From Candidatus Buchananbacteria bacterium (GTDB lineage: Bacteria > Patescibacteriota > Patescibacteriia > 2-01-FULL-39-33), in the NCBI GenBank assembly GCA_030650095.1, contig JAUSEE010000007.1:16812-80811 (forward strand): a stretch of 64,000 nucleotides of DNA, in the 5' to 3' direction. The translations under genes and the position numbers were made by a program. This document shows positions 25,879 to 35,622 of this stretch, in pieces (within the stretch, counting starts at the first letter, position 1; every line of letters begins with the position of its first letter). The notes under the pieces are model-generated. The model was given only the letters and a program-made list of their open reading frames with translations. It was not told the origin of the DNA and did no database searches.

Positions 25879-26676
25879 TTATTTTTTCCAAAATTTAAAT
25901 CTGGAAAAAAATCTCTTCACTGGATTCAAAGCTGGTTTAACTGGCTCTGACTCTGGTTTTTTAGAAACCCTAGCCAAATGCTCTTCGCTTTCACGCTTAT
26001 TTATTTCTATGATTTTAAAACGAATCAGCTCGGGCAACAGATGCAAATGGCCTTCCTGGATATGGCCGGCTATAACGTCAGGACCAACATAGTTTCCTTG
26101 AGCGTCAATTAGTTTTTCTTTCTGATAAACTAACTTGATAATTTCATAAATAGTTTGAGCTCCGCTTAAATCCAATCCGGCTAGAGCTCTGAATTCATCG
26201 GTTTTTTTGTAATCATAAATCAGTTTAGCCACTGTTTCCCTTAACTTGTGACGCAAAGTAATATTGGTCCAGTCTTCTTTTTGATAATTTTTCAAATCCT
26301 GATAAGTCAATTTATAAATCAAATTAATGACTGTTTCGGCTGGCAGTTCTTGGCCTAATTGATTTTTAATCGTCCCCTCTCTGGTAATCATTTCAATAAG
26401 TTCATGATAGCTCCTGGCTTGGCTGAAATCAATAATCTCTCCTTCTTGATTTAACATATCAGACAGCTCTAATTTTGGCGGTTTGGAATAATCGGGCTTG
26501 GCCGGCTCCTTATTTAAGGCTGGCTCGCTTAAATCTTCCTGTTCTTCTTCGTCATATTTATCAAATTCATCATCTACGCTGTCAGCTTCCTGGTCTTCTA
26601 AAATTTCTTCAACTATCTCTGGCTCCCTCTCGACAAATCGATCTCCATTCTGATGGTTTAAAAATCTCTCATTCAT
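25879..26676 (-). CDS. Hypothetical protein with an acidic N-terminus
   Basis: ORF only; no motif recognised. Confidence 0.4.
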   Translation of the reverse strand: MNERFLNHQNGDRFVEREPEIVEEILEDQEADSVDDEFDKYDEEEQEDLSEPALNKEPAKPDYSKPPKLELSDMLNQEGEIIDFSQARSYHELIEMITREGTIKNQLGQELPAETVINLIYKLTYQDLKNYQKEDWTNITLRHKLRETVAKLIYDYKKTDEFRALAGLDLSGAQTIYEIIKLVYQKEKLIDAQGNYVGPDVIAGHIQEGHLHLLPELIRFKIIEINKRESEEHLARVSKKPESEPVKPALNPVKRFFSRFKFWKK

Positions 26677-26706
26677 AAGACATTACAGATAATTATTACT
26701 TATATT

Positions 26707-27324
26707 TTATTGGAAAAAAATTGGTATCTCCAATTGATCCTCATTTTCCGGCAAGCCGGAAGGATTGTCTTTTCTTAAAATTAATACACCTTTGGCAGTT
26801 TGAGGCTGAGAAAACTGCAAAGTTAAAGAAAAAGGCACAAAATCAGTAGTCATCCAATCGCTTTGAGCTTGGGCAATGCCCGTGCCTAGTAAATTACTGT
26901 TATCATCATAGACATTAACCGGAAAACTGGCCTCAAAAAACCAATAACCCCTGGCGACACCAGAAATAATTACTGGATTGTTTATTTTTTGATTGGGTAG
27001 TGGATTATCAACCCTGATTAAATCAGCCTTAGCCAGCCCATTGCCGATATCTTCTACAAAATTTTGGCCGTTAAACTGACACTGCCTGGGATAACTTTCA
27101 ACAATGGGCTGGCCCAGGGCAGCGCATTCTTCAAAATTAGTAACTGTTTTTTCTACACCGCAACCGCTAATAGGAGCCGGATTTTTAGGATTGCCATGCT
27201 TAACCCAAGTGCCATCTTGGCAAAGCCAATTGTCCTCTTGACCGCTAAGACCAAAACGCGTCACTACAATAACGGCCACCAGAACTAAAATAATAAAAGA
27301 TAAGATTAAGATGTTTTGTTTCAT
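26707..27324 (-). CDS. Secreted/anchored hypothetical protein, possibly with a Gmad2-type Ig-like C-terminal domain
   Basis: N-terminal TM/signal sequence. The C-terminal beta-rich segment GYWFFEASFPVNVYDDNSNLLG...VLILRKDNPSGLP resembles the Gmad2 immunoglobulin-like domain; this is a weak call. Confidence 0.4.
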   Translation of the reverse strand: MKQNILILSFIILVLVAVIVVTRFGLSGQEDNWLCQDGTWVKHGNPKNPAPISGCGVEKTVTNFEECAALGQPIVESYPRQCQFNGQNFVEDIGNGLAKADLIRVDNPLPNQKINNPVIISGVARGYWFFEASFPVNVYDDNSNLLGTGIAQAQSDWMTTDFVPFSLTLQFSQPQTAKGVLILRKDNPSGLPENEDQLEIPIFFQ

Positions 27325-27329
27325 ATATA

Positions 27330-27851
27330 TTAAGTAAATTTTTCTTTAATTTTTTTGATTTTGGGAGCAATCACGAAAGAGCAATAAGCTTGATCGGGAT
27401 TCTTCTTAAAATAAAAATGGTGGTATTCTTCGGCCGAAAAAAATTTATCCAGCTTTTTTACTTCGGTGACAATCGGCTTGGAATACTCCGATTGGGCTTG
27501 TGAAATAAAATCATCAATTATCTTTTTCTGTTCATCTGTTTCATAAAAAATAACCGAGCGATACTGAGTGCCAACATCCTGGCCTTGTTTATTCAAAGAG
27601 GTGGGATCGTGCATGGTAAAGAATATTTTTAATATCTTTTCCAGAGGCAGAATCTGGCTGTCATAAACCAGCTTCAAAACCTCGGCCTGGCCGGTTTCTC
27701 CGCTGCAAACTTCTTCATAAGTCGGATTTTCCTTCTGGCCGCCGCTATAGCCGGGCAGAGTTTCAAGCACTCCTTTTATTTCTATAAAAACCGCTTCGGT
27801 GCACCAAAAACAGCCTCCGCCCAAAATAATTTCTTGCTTATTTTTTTCCAT
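27330..27851 (-). CDS. msrA: Peptide methionine-S-sulfoxide reductase MsrA
   Basis: Active-site motif [12 protein letters not shown]. Confidence 0.9.
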   Translation of the reverse strand: MEKNKQEIILGGGCFWCTEAVFIEIKGVLETLPGYSGGQKENPTYEEVCSGETGQAEVLKLVYDSQILPLEKILKIFFTMHDPTSLNKQGQDVGTQYRSVIFYETDEQKKIIDDFISQAQSEYSKPIVTEVKKLDKFFSAEEYHHFYFKKNPDQAYCSFVIAPKIKKIKEKFT

Positions 27852-28206
27852 CTTTGTTGAATTTCAAAGAAATTGAGTTAACACAGTAACGCTTGTTTTT
27901 ATCGGTAAAACCTTCGCCTAAGAAAACATGGCCTAAATGAGCTCCGCAATTAACACATTGTATTTCGGTGCGCAGGCCGTCGGCATCCGGTATCTTTTTT
28001 ATAGCCCCCGAAATAGCATCATCAAAACTCGGCCAGCCGCATTTGGCATCAAATTTATCATCGGATTTAAAAAGTTCAGCGCCGCAACGCTTGCAAATGT
28101 AAACACCCTTGTCAAAGTTACGTTCATATTCTCCGCTAAAAGGCGTTTCAGTGCCCTTGTCTAATATAACAGCTTCTTCCTCTGGGGTAAGTTTATTATA
28201 TTCCAT
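27838..28206 (-). CDS. msrB: Peptide methionine-R-sulfoxide reductase MsrB
   Basis: Motifs CGWPSF and [17 protein letters not shown], with Zn CxxC pairs. The gene overlaps the msrA start by 14 nt. Confidence 0.9.
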   Translation of the reverse strand: MEYNKLTPEEEAVILDKGTETPFSGEYERNFDKGVYICKRCGAELFKSDDKFDAKCGWPSFDDAISGAIKKIPDADGLRTEIQCVNCGAHLGHVFLGEGFTDKNKRYCVNSISLKFNKDGKK

Positions 28207-28235
28207 ATGTTAAAACTTATACAAACATTTTAAAA

Positions 28236-28898
28236 TTAGATTATATTCAAGCCTAATTTCCGATGCTGGCGCAGATGAAGTTTATAATCAAAATAGGTCT
28301 TTATTAAAATTATAATTACGCGCGATAAACTATTTAATCCCAAAAAACTAAAGGCGAAAGCGCCTCCCATAACTGTCAGATGCATGACAATAATCCGGCT
28401 ATAAGGCGCATGCATCATTTCCAGAGGCGATACCTGGCGGAATTCTTCATTCTTGATGTAATTTTGCCAAAAAGAAACGCCATGACTGACCATAAAAAGA
28501 CCAAAGATAATCAGAAGAGGCGCAATGGTAATCGCAGTACTGGGGAAAAAACCATTTGGTCCGAATAAAGCATAAATAAACAAGCCGTGGCCTAAAGTGA
28601 AACCGCCAAAATGAACAATAAAAAATGGAATTATAAACAATTTAAACAAATTTCCACTTTGGCCAGACCCAGGACTAAACATAAAGCCGCCGCTGGCTTT
28701 AGCAATTTTTAATATTGCATAAAAGCCAATAACAATATTTTCTAACCAATACGCCAACAAGATCTGATAAAGGCTCCAATCAAAGAAAGCCACGCCAAAA
28801 ATTGGAACAAGGTTTACAATAAGCAGATAAGCAGCCGGCCAGGAAATAGTACTTAATTGATTGTATGTATTTTTAAAAAAAGTCATGAACTGAAGCAT
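28236..28898 (-). CDS. Polytopic membrane protein of unknown function
   Basis: About 6 predicted TM helices; no motif recognised. Confidence 0.45.
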   Translation of the reverse strand: MLQFMTFFKNTYNQLSTISWPAAYLLIVNLVPIFGVAFFDWSLYQILLAYWLENIVIGFYAILKIAKASGGFMFSPGSGQSGNLFKLFIIPFFIVHFGGFTLGHGLFIYALFGPNGFFPSTAITIAPLLIIFGLFMVSHGVSFWQNYIKNEEFRQVSPLEMMHAPYSRIIVMHLTVMGGAFAFSFLGLNSLSRVIIILIKTYFDYKLHLRQHRKLGLNII

Positions 28899-28910
28899 CT
28901 AGATTTTAAT

Positions 28911-29372
28911 TTATTTTGATTGATTTTTCTGGACCGGTTTATAAGTATACCTAAACTTATGAAATTCATCTTCATATTGCCGACTGCTAGTTTTTATTGC
29001 ACCTAAATTTTCTGCTGCTCGAATAGATTTTTTATTATCAATATCAATCGTCAAGGTAATAAACGGCAAACTAAGCTTGTCCATTAGCAGTTGCTTGAAT
29101 TTAGCCGCTAGCCCCTGGCCTCTGTATTTGGGATCTACCACAGTGTGAGTGATGTTCTTTTCATCTTCCGTATCATAAACTCCGACTATGCCTAACTTTT
29201 CGCCCTTGGTACCAATGACAGTAAAATATTGCGGATTTAGGCAATTATCCTGTCCTAAAGCAATCCAGCCATTTTCTCCTTCCATTTCTTGAAAAAATTC
29301 CATGTCAAATTCTTCAAGACTTTTTATTTCGGCCGGTTCTTGTTCATGATTTAATGATTCTGGTGATTTCAT
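28911..29372 (-). CDS. GNAT family N-acetyltransferase
   Basis: Motif A-like YRGQGLAAKF within VVDPKYRGQGLA. Confidence 0.65.
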   Translation of the reverse strand: MKSPESLNHEQEPAEIKSLEEFDMEFFQEMEGENGWIALGQDNCLNPQYFTVIGTKGEKLGIVGVYDTEDEKNITHTVVDPKYRGQGLAAKFKQLLMDKLSLPFITLTIDIDNKKSIRAAENLGAIKTSSRQYEDEFHKFRYTYKPVQKNQSK

Positions 29373-30289
29373 AATTTTTCTATTTCTTGCAAAACCTCAG
29401 CCGGACTGCCTAAGAAATAACGCTTGCCATCTTTGGGATTGATATACCAAGCCGCCTTGTTTTGTTCTACCTGTATTAAAATCAGACCCTTGTTCAAATC
29501 AGAAAAAACAGGGTTAATCGGCAACTTGCCAGTTCCCAGGGGATTATAACGGCTAAGTATTTCCGCTTTGTCAGAGAAAGTGTCACCATCAGTGTCTTTT
29601 TTATTTATATCCGTACCTAAAGCCGTTTCAATAGCATTGGACAAGCCGTCTTCATCCGTATCTTCTCCTCCAAAATTATACTCGGCTAAAGGAACCTTGG
29701 AGATATCGGCCGCTGAAACTCCCGTGCTGAAATTGATTAAAAAAGAATAAATATTGGCGTCAGCCGAACCTAACTTAACTTTAAAATTTTGGTATTTATT
29801 AATCAGCTGGGTTTGCTCTGCGGTAGCTTTCTGCAAATCAGCCGTTTTTTGATCCAACACAACCTGATTGTCGGCCAAGGATTTTTCCAGCTCGGAAATC
29901 TGCCTTTGCCTTTCAATAGATTGCTTTTCGGAATCGCTTAAACTTTGAGTGGTTATTTTAAGGCTTTGATTGGCCGCCGTAATATTGTTAACTAGTTTTA
30001 CATTTTCATTGTAAACAAACACCACATAAGCCGTCATGCTCAAAAAAACAACTGATAAAATTATATAAAAAACCCACCTCTGCCAATGCCTTTTTTTGAT
30101 TTCATAGTGAATTTGCCTGTCTTTATAATCCATCGAGCTTAACTCGGTGGAATTGAAATCAGGCTGAGGCGGTGAGGTGAAAGGAGACGGGTTTGAGGGA
30201 TCCATAAGATTATGATTATTTTTATAGTCTGTTTTAATTATACCAAAATAGTTAATCCATTGTAAGATGGCAAAGCCTAATCGGCCCAA
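29369..30289 (-). CDS. Membrane-anchored coiled-coil protein with a C-terminal TSP3-like Asp-rich repeat (DTDEDGLSN..DTDGDTFSD)
   Basis: TM helix WVFYIILSVVFLSMTAYVVFVY, heptad-rich middle region and C-terminal Asp motifs like those of the 5647..6396 protein. Confidence 0.5.
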   Translation of the reverse strand: MGRLGFAILQWINYFGIIKTDYKNNHNLMDPSNPSPFTSPPQPDFNSTELSSMDYKDRQIHYEIKKRHWQRWVFYIILSVVFLSMTAYVVFVYNENVKLVNNITAANQSLKITTQSLSDSEKQSIERQRQISELEKSLADNQVVLDQKTADLQKATAEQTQLINKYQNFKVKLGSADANIYSFLINFSTGVSAADISKVPLAEYNFGGEDTDEDGLSNAIETALGTDINKKDTDGDTFSDKAEILSRYNPLGTGKLPINPVFSDLNKGLILIQVEQNKAAWYINPKDGKRYFLGSPAEVLQEIEKL

Positions 30290-30290
30290 A

Positions 30291-30322
30291 CAAAAAAACC
30301 TGACAACATAAACATTATCAGG
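30291..30322 (-). terminator. Rho-independent terminator after the kinase-like gene
   Basis: On the minus strand: CCTGATAATGTTTATGTTGTCAGG followed by TTTTTTT. Confidence 0.7.
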
Positions 30323-30436
30323 ATTAAAAATTAGAATAAATTTTTAGCCACGGTTTGCTAGTTTTAAGATAGGCATTGCCTCCTGGCAAATTTGATTTAT
30401 TTAATTATACCACTATTTGAAATAAAAAAATAATCT

Positions 30437-31816
30437 TTAGGACAAAAAATCAAGGAGTGATTGGTATTGATTGATTAGAAAATCAGAGCGATACTGCTTA
30501 TTCCGGCTGTTTTCAGTTTCAATTTTAGCCTTAAGATAATTTATAACCTCTTCTTTTCTGCCCAGCTTCGACATCTCCAAAAGCAAAGCTATGCGTATTT
30601 TATGATCAGAGCCACGGCCAAATAAATTTTCATACAAACTTATGATTTTATCAACATCCTCTGAAGTAAAATCTTCCGTCTCCTGTTTTTGTTTAACTTC
30701 GGCTATAAAATCAGTCCAAATTTTTGGTTTCTTGGCTGATAATTTAGCCAGGAGTGTTTCCGGATCGCCCAAGCGGCTAATTCTGGTCTCCTGTTCGCGA
30801 TCAGCCTCTGTTTTAGACAATTGTTTGACAATGCTAATGATGCCCCGATCAGAAGGACGGGTATGTTCGGGCCCGGATTGATAGACGCTTTTTACGTCTG
30901 AATCTTTTTCTGGATTTATTTCTTTAGCCGAACCAAAATCAATTATTTCCAAATTGCCGTCTTCATCAATCATAATATTTCTCGGATGAAGATCACGATG
31001 ATAAATGCCATGCTTATGCAAAGCACTAATGGCTTTAGATAAATTGTCGGCGTGCTTTCTGTCCAATATTCCTTTGTAAGCGATATCTTGATTTATAGTC
31101 CTGGCAATTTGCGCCCTCTCTTGGGAAGCTTGGGGCGAATCGTCAAAATTGCTATATTTGTTTTTAATGCCAGCCAAATGGTGCACTAAATTAATCAAAG
31201 AATTAACATCTATCCGCTGCAGATGGCTTTCCAAATCCAGATCCGGATAAGCCTCATTAAACTCCGATTCATGCTCTCTAACATAAGCTTGATACATCAG
31301 CCTGGCCAAATCTTGGCCCGGAACCAAATCCATAGAAATTATTTCCACTATTCTTTCCGGACCGATTTTAATGCCCAGTGATTTTAAATGTTTGGCAATG
31401 TCGTCGCTGGTAATCACCAGTTCGCGAAAATTCCTAGGTTTAGGCACTTTAACTCCTTCTATTTTTTCTTCTTTGAGAACCCGCCTGGCCTTTTTTTGTA
31501 AATCATATTCATGGCGCCCCTCGGTGCCGGTGTATATCTTAAGAAGCTTAAGAGCCACCTTTTCATCTTCTTCGCTATCATCTTCCGAATTTTCAGAAAA
31601 ATAATCTCTCACTTCTTCTGGCAGATTGGTGGTGTCTAATTCTAAAATTATGCCATTATTGCCTTCGTTGATTTTAACAGCCGCTTCGCTGGTTAAAACC
31701 CTCTCTAACATTTGATCCAATTCCCTTTCTTTTTCTTCCGCCGTAGCCTGTTCTGGAGTTATATTGTAATAACCCATGGATTCAATCGGCCTTTTTGGTT
31801 GTTTTTCTGGATTCAT
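30437..31816 (-). CDS. Atypical protein-kinase-like (PKL) protein
   Basis: Catalytic-loop motif HRDLHPRNIMI and IIDFGSA (DFG). Gly-rich-loop-like GNNGIILEL and Lys-motif-like VALKLLK. Flanked by long acidic regions. Confidence 0.6.
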   Translation of the reverse strand: MNPEKQPKRPIESMGYYNITPEQATAEEKERELDQMLERVLTSEAAVKINEGNNGIILELDTTNLPEEVRDYFSENSEDDSEEDEKVALKLLKIYTGTEGRHEYDLQKKARRVLKEEKIEGVKVPKPRNFRELVITSDDIAKHLKSLGIKIGPERIVEIISMDLVPGQDLARLMYQAYVREHESEFNEAYPDLDLESHLQRIDVNSLINLVHHLAGIKNKYSNFDDSPQASQERAQIARTINQDIAYKGILDRKHADNLSKAISALHKHGIYHRDLHPRNIMIDEDGNLEIIDFGSAKEINPEKDSDVKSVYQSGPEHTRPSDRGIISIVKQLSKTEADREQETRISRLGDPETLLAKLSAKKPKIWTDFIAEVKQKQETEDFTSEDVDKIISLYENLFGRGSDHKIRIALLLEMSKLGRKEEVINYLKAKIETENSRNKQYRSDFLINQYQSLLDFLS

Positions 31817-31951
31817 AAATGATTATTTATGATTATTATTTTTCACTTTACCACCTTATTTGAAAGATAGCAATAATTTATTGATTAAATAAAATGTCAT
31901 AATAATACCTTTTTATTGCCAAGAAGGCTTATTTACGATACTATAATTATT

Positions 31952-33421
31952 ATGAAAACAACTTTACCGCAAATCGCCATAGTCGGCAGGGCCAATGTCG
32001 GCAAATCAACTCTTTTCAACCGCTTAGTAGAAAAAAACAAAGCGCTTGTTTCGGCTATTTCCGGCACCACTCGAGACCGCAACATTGATAAGGTATCTTG
32101 GCAAGGCAAAGAATTTATTGTCATTGATACCGGGGGACTAGATATAGAAAGAAAACAAACGGGTAAAATCGAAATAAATATTGTCAAACAAGCTCACAAA
32201 GCCATCGATGATGCCGATTTGATCTTGTTTTTAATCGACATAAAAGCCGGCGTTCTCTCCACAGATAAAGAACTGGCCAGGGAAATAATAAAAAGCGGCA
32301 AAAAAAACAAAACCATTCTAGTCGGCAATAAAGCCGATTCCATAAAATACCACCAAATGGCCGGTGATTTGTACGCCCTTAACCTAGGTGAACCGCATAT
32401 GATTTCGGCTGCCAACGGATCCGGTTGCGGCGATTTGCTGGATATGTTAACCGGCATTCTGCCTAAGCGAAAAGCAAAAATAAGGCCGGACAGAAAGAAG
32501 GCGGAAATAAAGGTAGCCATTGTGGGCAAGCCCAATGTCGGAAAATCATCAATTTTAAATTCTATTTTAGGCGAAGAAAGAGTGATTGTCACCGATATCG
32601 CCCACACCACCCGCGAATCGCAGGACATCGGCTTTTCTTATAAAGAAAATGATTTTATTTTAATTGATACGGCCGGCATAGTCAGAAAAAGCAAAATCGG
32701 CCATAAAACATTGGAAAGGAAATCAATCGACAAATCGCTTCATACTATAGACCAGGCTGATGTGGTGGTTTTTGTGACTGAAGCCCAGAAGAAAATAGAT
32801 TCTTTGGATAAAAAAGTCACCCAAGAAATATTAGACAGCGGCAAGTCGCTTATTATTGTTGCCAACAAGTGGGATCTGATACCCGAAAAAGACACCAACA
32901 CTATAAATCAATACGTTGATTATTATTATAATCAATTCCCCTACCTGTGGTGGGCTCCCATTATTTTTGTCTCGGCCAAAGACGAAGTTCGAACCAGAAA
33001 AATATTGGATATGATACTTGATATCCAAAAATCAAAACAAATACAAATTTCCAACAGCCAATTGGATAAGTTTTTAAAATACCAAGTCAGCCGTCATCGC
33101 CCGTCACGAGGCCGGGGCTTAAAGAATCCTTATATCTATAAAATAGAGCAGGTTAGCACCAATCCTCCCCGCTTCATGGTTTATGTTAATGATCCGAAAA
33201 TATTACATTTTTCCTATTTAAGATTCTTACAAAACAATATCAGGCAAAAATTCAATATCTTGGGCACGCCCATTCAAATCGAAACAAAGAAATGGAATGT
33301 CTTAATTGAAGCCAAAGAAAACAAAAAATACGGCAACGAAGAAGGCATTGCCAAACAAAGATCAAGGGAATTAGCCCAAAGAAAAAACAAAAAGCATGAA
33401 AGTCATAGTCGGCCTAGGTAA
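31952..33421 (+). CDS. der: Ribosome-associated GTPase Der/EngA (double GTPase plus KH domain)
   Basis: Two P-loops, GRANVGKST and GKPNVGKSS, with DTGG/DTAG motifs. The track ORF starts at a TTG at 31916; the ATG at 31952 (MKTTLPQIAIVG) fits Der N-termini better. Confidence 0.85.
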   Translation: MKTTLPQIAIVGRANVGKSTLFNRLVEKNKALVSAISGTTRDRNIDKVSWQGKEFIVIDTGGLDIERKQTGKIEINIVKQAHKAIDDADLILFLIDIKAGVLSTDKELAREIIKSGKKNKTILVGNKADSIKYHQMAGDLYALNLGEPHMISAANGSGCGDLLDMLTGILPKRKAKIRPDRKKAEIKVAIVGKPNVGKSSILNSILGEERVIVTDIAHTTRESQDIGFSYKENDFILIDTAGIVRKSKIGHKTLERKSIDKSLHTIDQADVVVFVTEAQKKIDSLDKKVTQEILDSGKSLIIVANKWDLIPEKDTNTINQYVDYYYNQFPYLWWAPIIFVSAKDEVRTRKILDMILDIQKSKQIQISNSQLDKFLKYQVSRHRPSRGRGLKNPYIYKIEQVSTNPPRFMVYVNDPKILHFSYLRFLQNNIRQKFNILGTPIQIETKKWNVLIEAKENKKYGNEEGIAKQRSRELAQRKNKKHESHSRPR

Positions 33422-33962
33422 CCCAGGCAAAGAATACGCCAAAACTTGGCACAACATCGGATTTTTAGCCATAGATAATATAGCTGATGTTTTTAATTTT
33501 AAAAATTTTCAAGAAGAAAAAAAATTTCAAGCGGAAATATCCACCGGCAGCCTAGCGGATCAAAAAATCATCCTGGTAAAACCGCAAACCTATATGAATA
33601 ATTCTGGCGCCGCCGTTGGAGCCATAATCAAATATTATAAAATAGAGCCGGCAGATATTATTGTTATCCATGATGACATTGATTTGCCCCTGGGCCGAAT
33701 AAAGATTATTAAAGATTCTTCAGCCGGCGGACACAACGGGGTGAAATCAATCATCCAACATATTAAAACTCAAGATTTTGCCAGAGTAAGAATAGGCGTG
33801 GCTACACCCAAAAAAGAAAAGATTGGCAGCGCTGATTATGTCCTGACTAAAATAGGCTTTTTGCAATCAAGTAAAGCCAAAGAGACCATAAAAAAAACCG
33901 CTTCAGCAGTTGAAGAAGCGGTTAATATTTCGCTTAAAAGCGCAATGAACAAATTTAATTAA
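33396..33962 (+). CDS. pth: Peptidyl-tRNA hydrolase
   Basis: MKVIVGLGNPGKEYAKTWHNIGF... with HNG in GGHNGVKS. The gene overlaps the der 3' end by 26 nt. Confidence 0.9.
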   Translation: MKVIVGLGNPGKEYAKTWHNIGFLAIDNIADVFNFKNFQEEKKFQAEISTGSLADQKIILVKPQTYMNNSGAAVGAIIKYYKIEPADIIVIHDDIDLPLGRIKIIKDSSAGGHNGVKSIIQHIKTQDFARVRIGVATPKKEKIGSADYVLTKIGFLQSSKAKETIKKTASAVEEAVNISLKSAMNKFN

Positions 33963-33977
33963 TAAAAGTGAGAAAAG

Positions 33978-34064
33978 TGGTGCCCGAAAAGGGATTTGAA
34001 CCCTTATGACTCTAAAGTCAACGGATTTTAAGTCCGTCGTGTCTGCCAATTCCACCATTGGGGC
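33978..34064 (-). tRNA. tRNA-Leu (anticodon UAA), CCA encoded
   Basis: The reverse complement folds as GCCCCAA/TGGTGGAATTGG...GGACT-TAAAA-TCC with a long variable arm, the T-arm GGGTTCAAATCCC and a CCA end. It is similar to E. coli tRNA-Leu(UAA). There is one acceptor mismatch, C5/C68. Confidence 0.75.
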
Positions 34065-34078
34065 ACTGGTTAGCGATT

Positions 34079-34154
34079 TGGTCGGAATAGATGGATTTGG
34101 ACCACCGTCCTCTCTGCACCGGGCAGAGCGCTCTACGAGCTGAGCTATATCCAG
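34079..34154 (-). tRNA. tRNA-like gene with anticodon CGG (Pro-like) and a non-canonical anticodon loop (C33, U37); CCA encoded
   Basis: Reverse complement: CTGGATA TA GCTC AGCTCGTA GAGC G CTCTG CCCGGTG CAGAG AGGAC GGTGG TCCAAAT CCATC TATTCCG A CCA. The anticodon stem is perfect but the loop is CCCGGTG, and there is one acceptor mismatch at 2:71. Confidence 0.5.
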
Positions 34155-34190
34155 TTAAACTAAAGACGCATCTAAGTGCGAAAGTGGCTT

Positions 34191-34267
34191 TGGAGCGAGG
34201 GGCCGGAGTTGAACCGACACATTAAGGCTTTGCAGGCCTCCGCCTTACCTGATTTGGCTACCCCCGC
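34191..34267 (-). tRNA. tRNA-Cys (anticodon GCA), discriminator U73, CCA encoded
   Basis: Reverse complement: GCGGGGG TA GCC..GGC G GAGGC CTGCAAA GCCTT ... GTCGG TTCAACT CCGGC CCCTCGC T CCA. Confidence 0.8.
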
Positions 34268-34493
34268 TCGGATTGGAATGTTCAAAAGATAATAGATACT
34301 ATCCTGCCTACTAGTATATGATAATACTCATAAAGAGTAAAATCATAATTAGCGATAAATCAAGCCACCAGGAGGGGGATAACCAGACCTATCAACTAGC
34401 AGACAGAATAATACCTGTTATCTGCTTACAACATCAGACATTATCAGATAGCTATTCATTTGTCAATATTAATTAGACTAATAACTTTAGCCA

Positions 34494-35612
34494 GTGGAGG
34501 GATTAATAATTGAAAACAATAAGCCTGATAACCACTTAAAATATTGGGTGGCTTATTCTAGAATTCAAAAAATCGGTCCGGTAAATTTTAAAAAACTGAT
34601 CGATTTTTTTAGTGATCTTAAAATGGCTTGGCAAGCCAGCCAAAAGCAATTAATCTCCGCCGGTTTAGATGAAAACCTAGCCAGTGAAATAATAATACAG
34701 AGGCAGGAAATAAATCCGGAAGAGGAAATGGCATTAATGGCCAGAGAAAATGTCCAAGCTGTTATCTTAACCGATGACAATTACCCTAGTAATTTAAAAG
34801 AAATATTTAACCCGCCTCCTGTCTTATATTATCGCGGATCAATTGATTTTTTAAAAAACACTTGTTTGGCTGTCGTCGGCACAAGAAAATTTTCCAGTTA
34901 CGGCCAGCAAGCCACCGCAGAAATTGTCAGCCAGTTGGCTAAAAGCGGCCTTACTATCATATCCGGTTTAGCTTTTGGCATTGATGCCATGGCGCATAAA
35001 GCCTGTTTGGAGGCCGGCGGAAAAACCATAGCGATTTTAGGATCGGGCCCGGACAAGCAATGCGTTTTTCCCTCCAGCAACAGATATATTGCCGACAAGA
35101 TAATCAATGCCGGCGGTGGCCTTATAGCCGAATATCCTATCGGCACCTACCCGACCAAATACACCTTTCCCATGAGAAACCGCATCATTTCCGGATTATC
35201 CAAGGCTGTCTTAATAATAGAGGCGCCCAAGAGTTCCGGCTCGCTTATCACTGCGCGCTACGGCCTGGACCAAAACAGGGACATATTCGCCCTCCCGGGA
35301 AGCATTTACAGCGCTAACAGCCAAGGCACCAATAACTTGATAAAAGAGGGCGCAAAATTAATCACCAGCGCCGATGATATCCTGCAAGAATTAAACATCC
35401 AAACCGTCTTTGAAAAATTAAAAAGCCAACCACAAATTGACAACAACGAAGAAAAAATAGTCTTAGATTTATTATCTAAAGAACCCATGCACATTGACAA
35501 AATAAAAAAAATGAGTAAACTTAATATTAATGTCCTCTTGAGCACTTTAACGATCATGGAAATAAAAAGCCTGATAAAAGACCTGGGAGGAAAAAATTAC
35601 ATCAGAAATTAA
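34494..35612 (+). CDS. dprA: DNA processing protein DprA/Smf
   Basis: Rossmann-like core VVGTRKFSSYGQQATAEIVSQLAKSGLTIISGLAFGIDAMAHKACLEAGGKTIAILGSGPD. The start codon is uncertain: GTG at 34494 follows the track. Confidence 0.8.
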   Translation: MEGLIIENNKPDNHLKYWVAYSRIQKIGPVNFKKLIDFFSDLKMAWQASQKQLISAGLDENLASEIIIQRQEINPEEEMALMARENVQAVILTDDNYPSNLKEIFNPPPVLYYRGSIDFLKNTCLAVVGTRKFSSYGQQATAEIVSQLAKSGLTIISGLAFGIDAMAHKACLEAGGKTIAILGSGPDKQCVFPSSNRYIADKIINAGGGLIAEYPIGTYPTKYTFPMRNRIISGLSKAVLIIEAPKSSGSLITARYGLDQNRDIFALPGSIYSANSQGTNNLIKEGAKLITSADDILQELNIQTVFEKLKSQPQIDNNEEKIVLDLLSKEPMHIDKIKKMSKLNINVLLSTLTIMEIKSLIKDLGGKNYIRN

Positions 35613-35622
35613 CAATACCAAA

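Noticed and set aside
34271-34493. Possible SRP (4.5S) RNA or RNase P RNA in the spacer between the tRNA cluster and dprA
   Set aside because: None of the conserved SRP domain IV or RNase P P4 sequence motifs were found. The region looks like an AT-rich promoter spacer with GATA-rich repeats.
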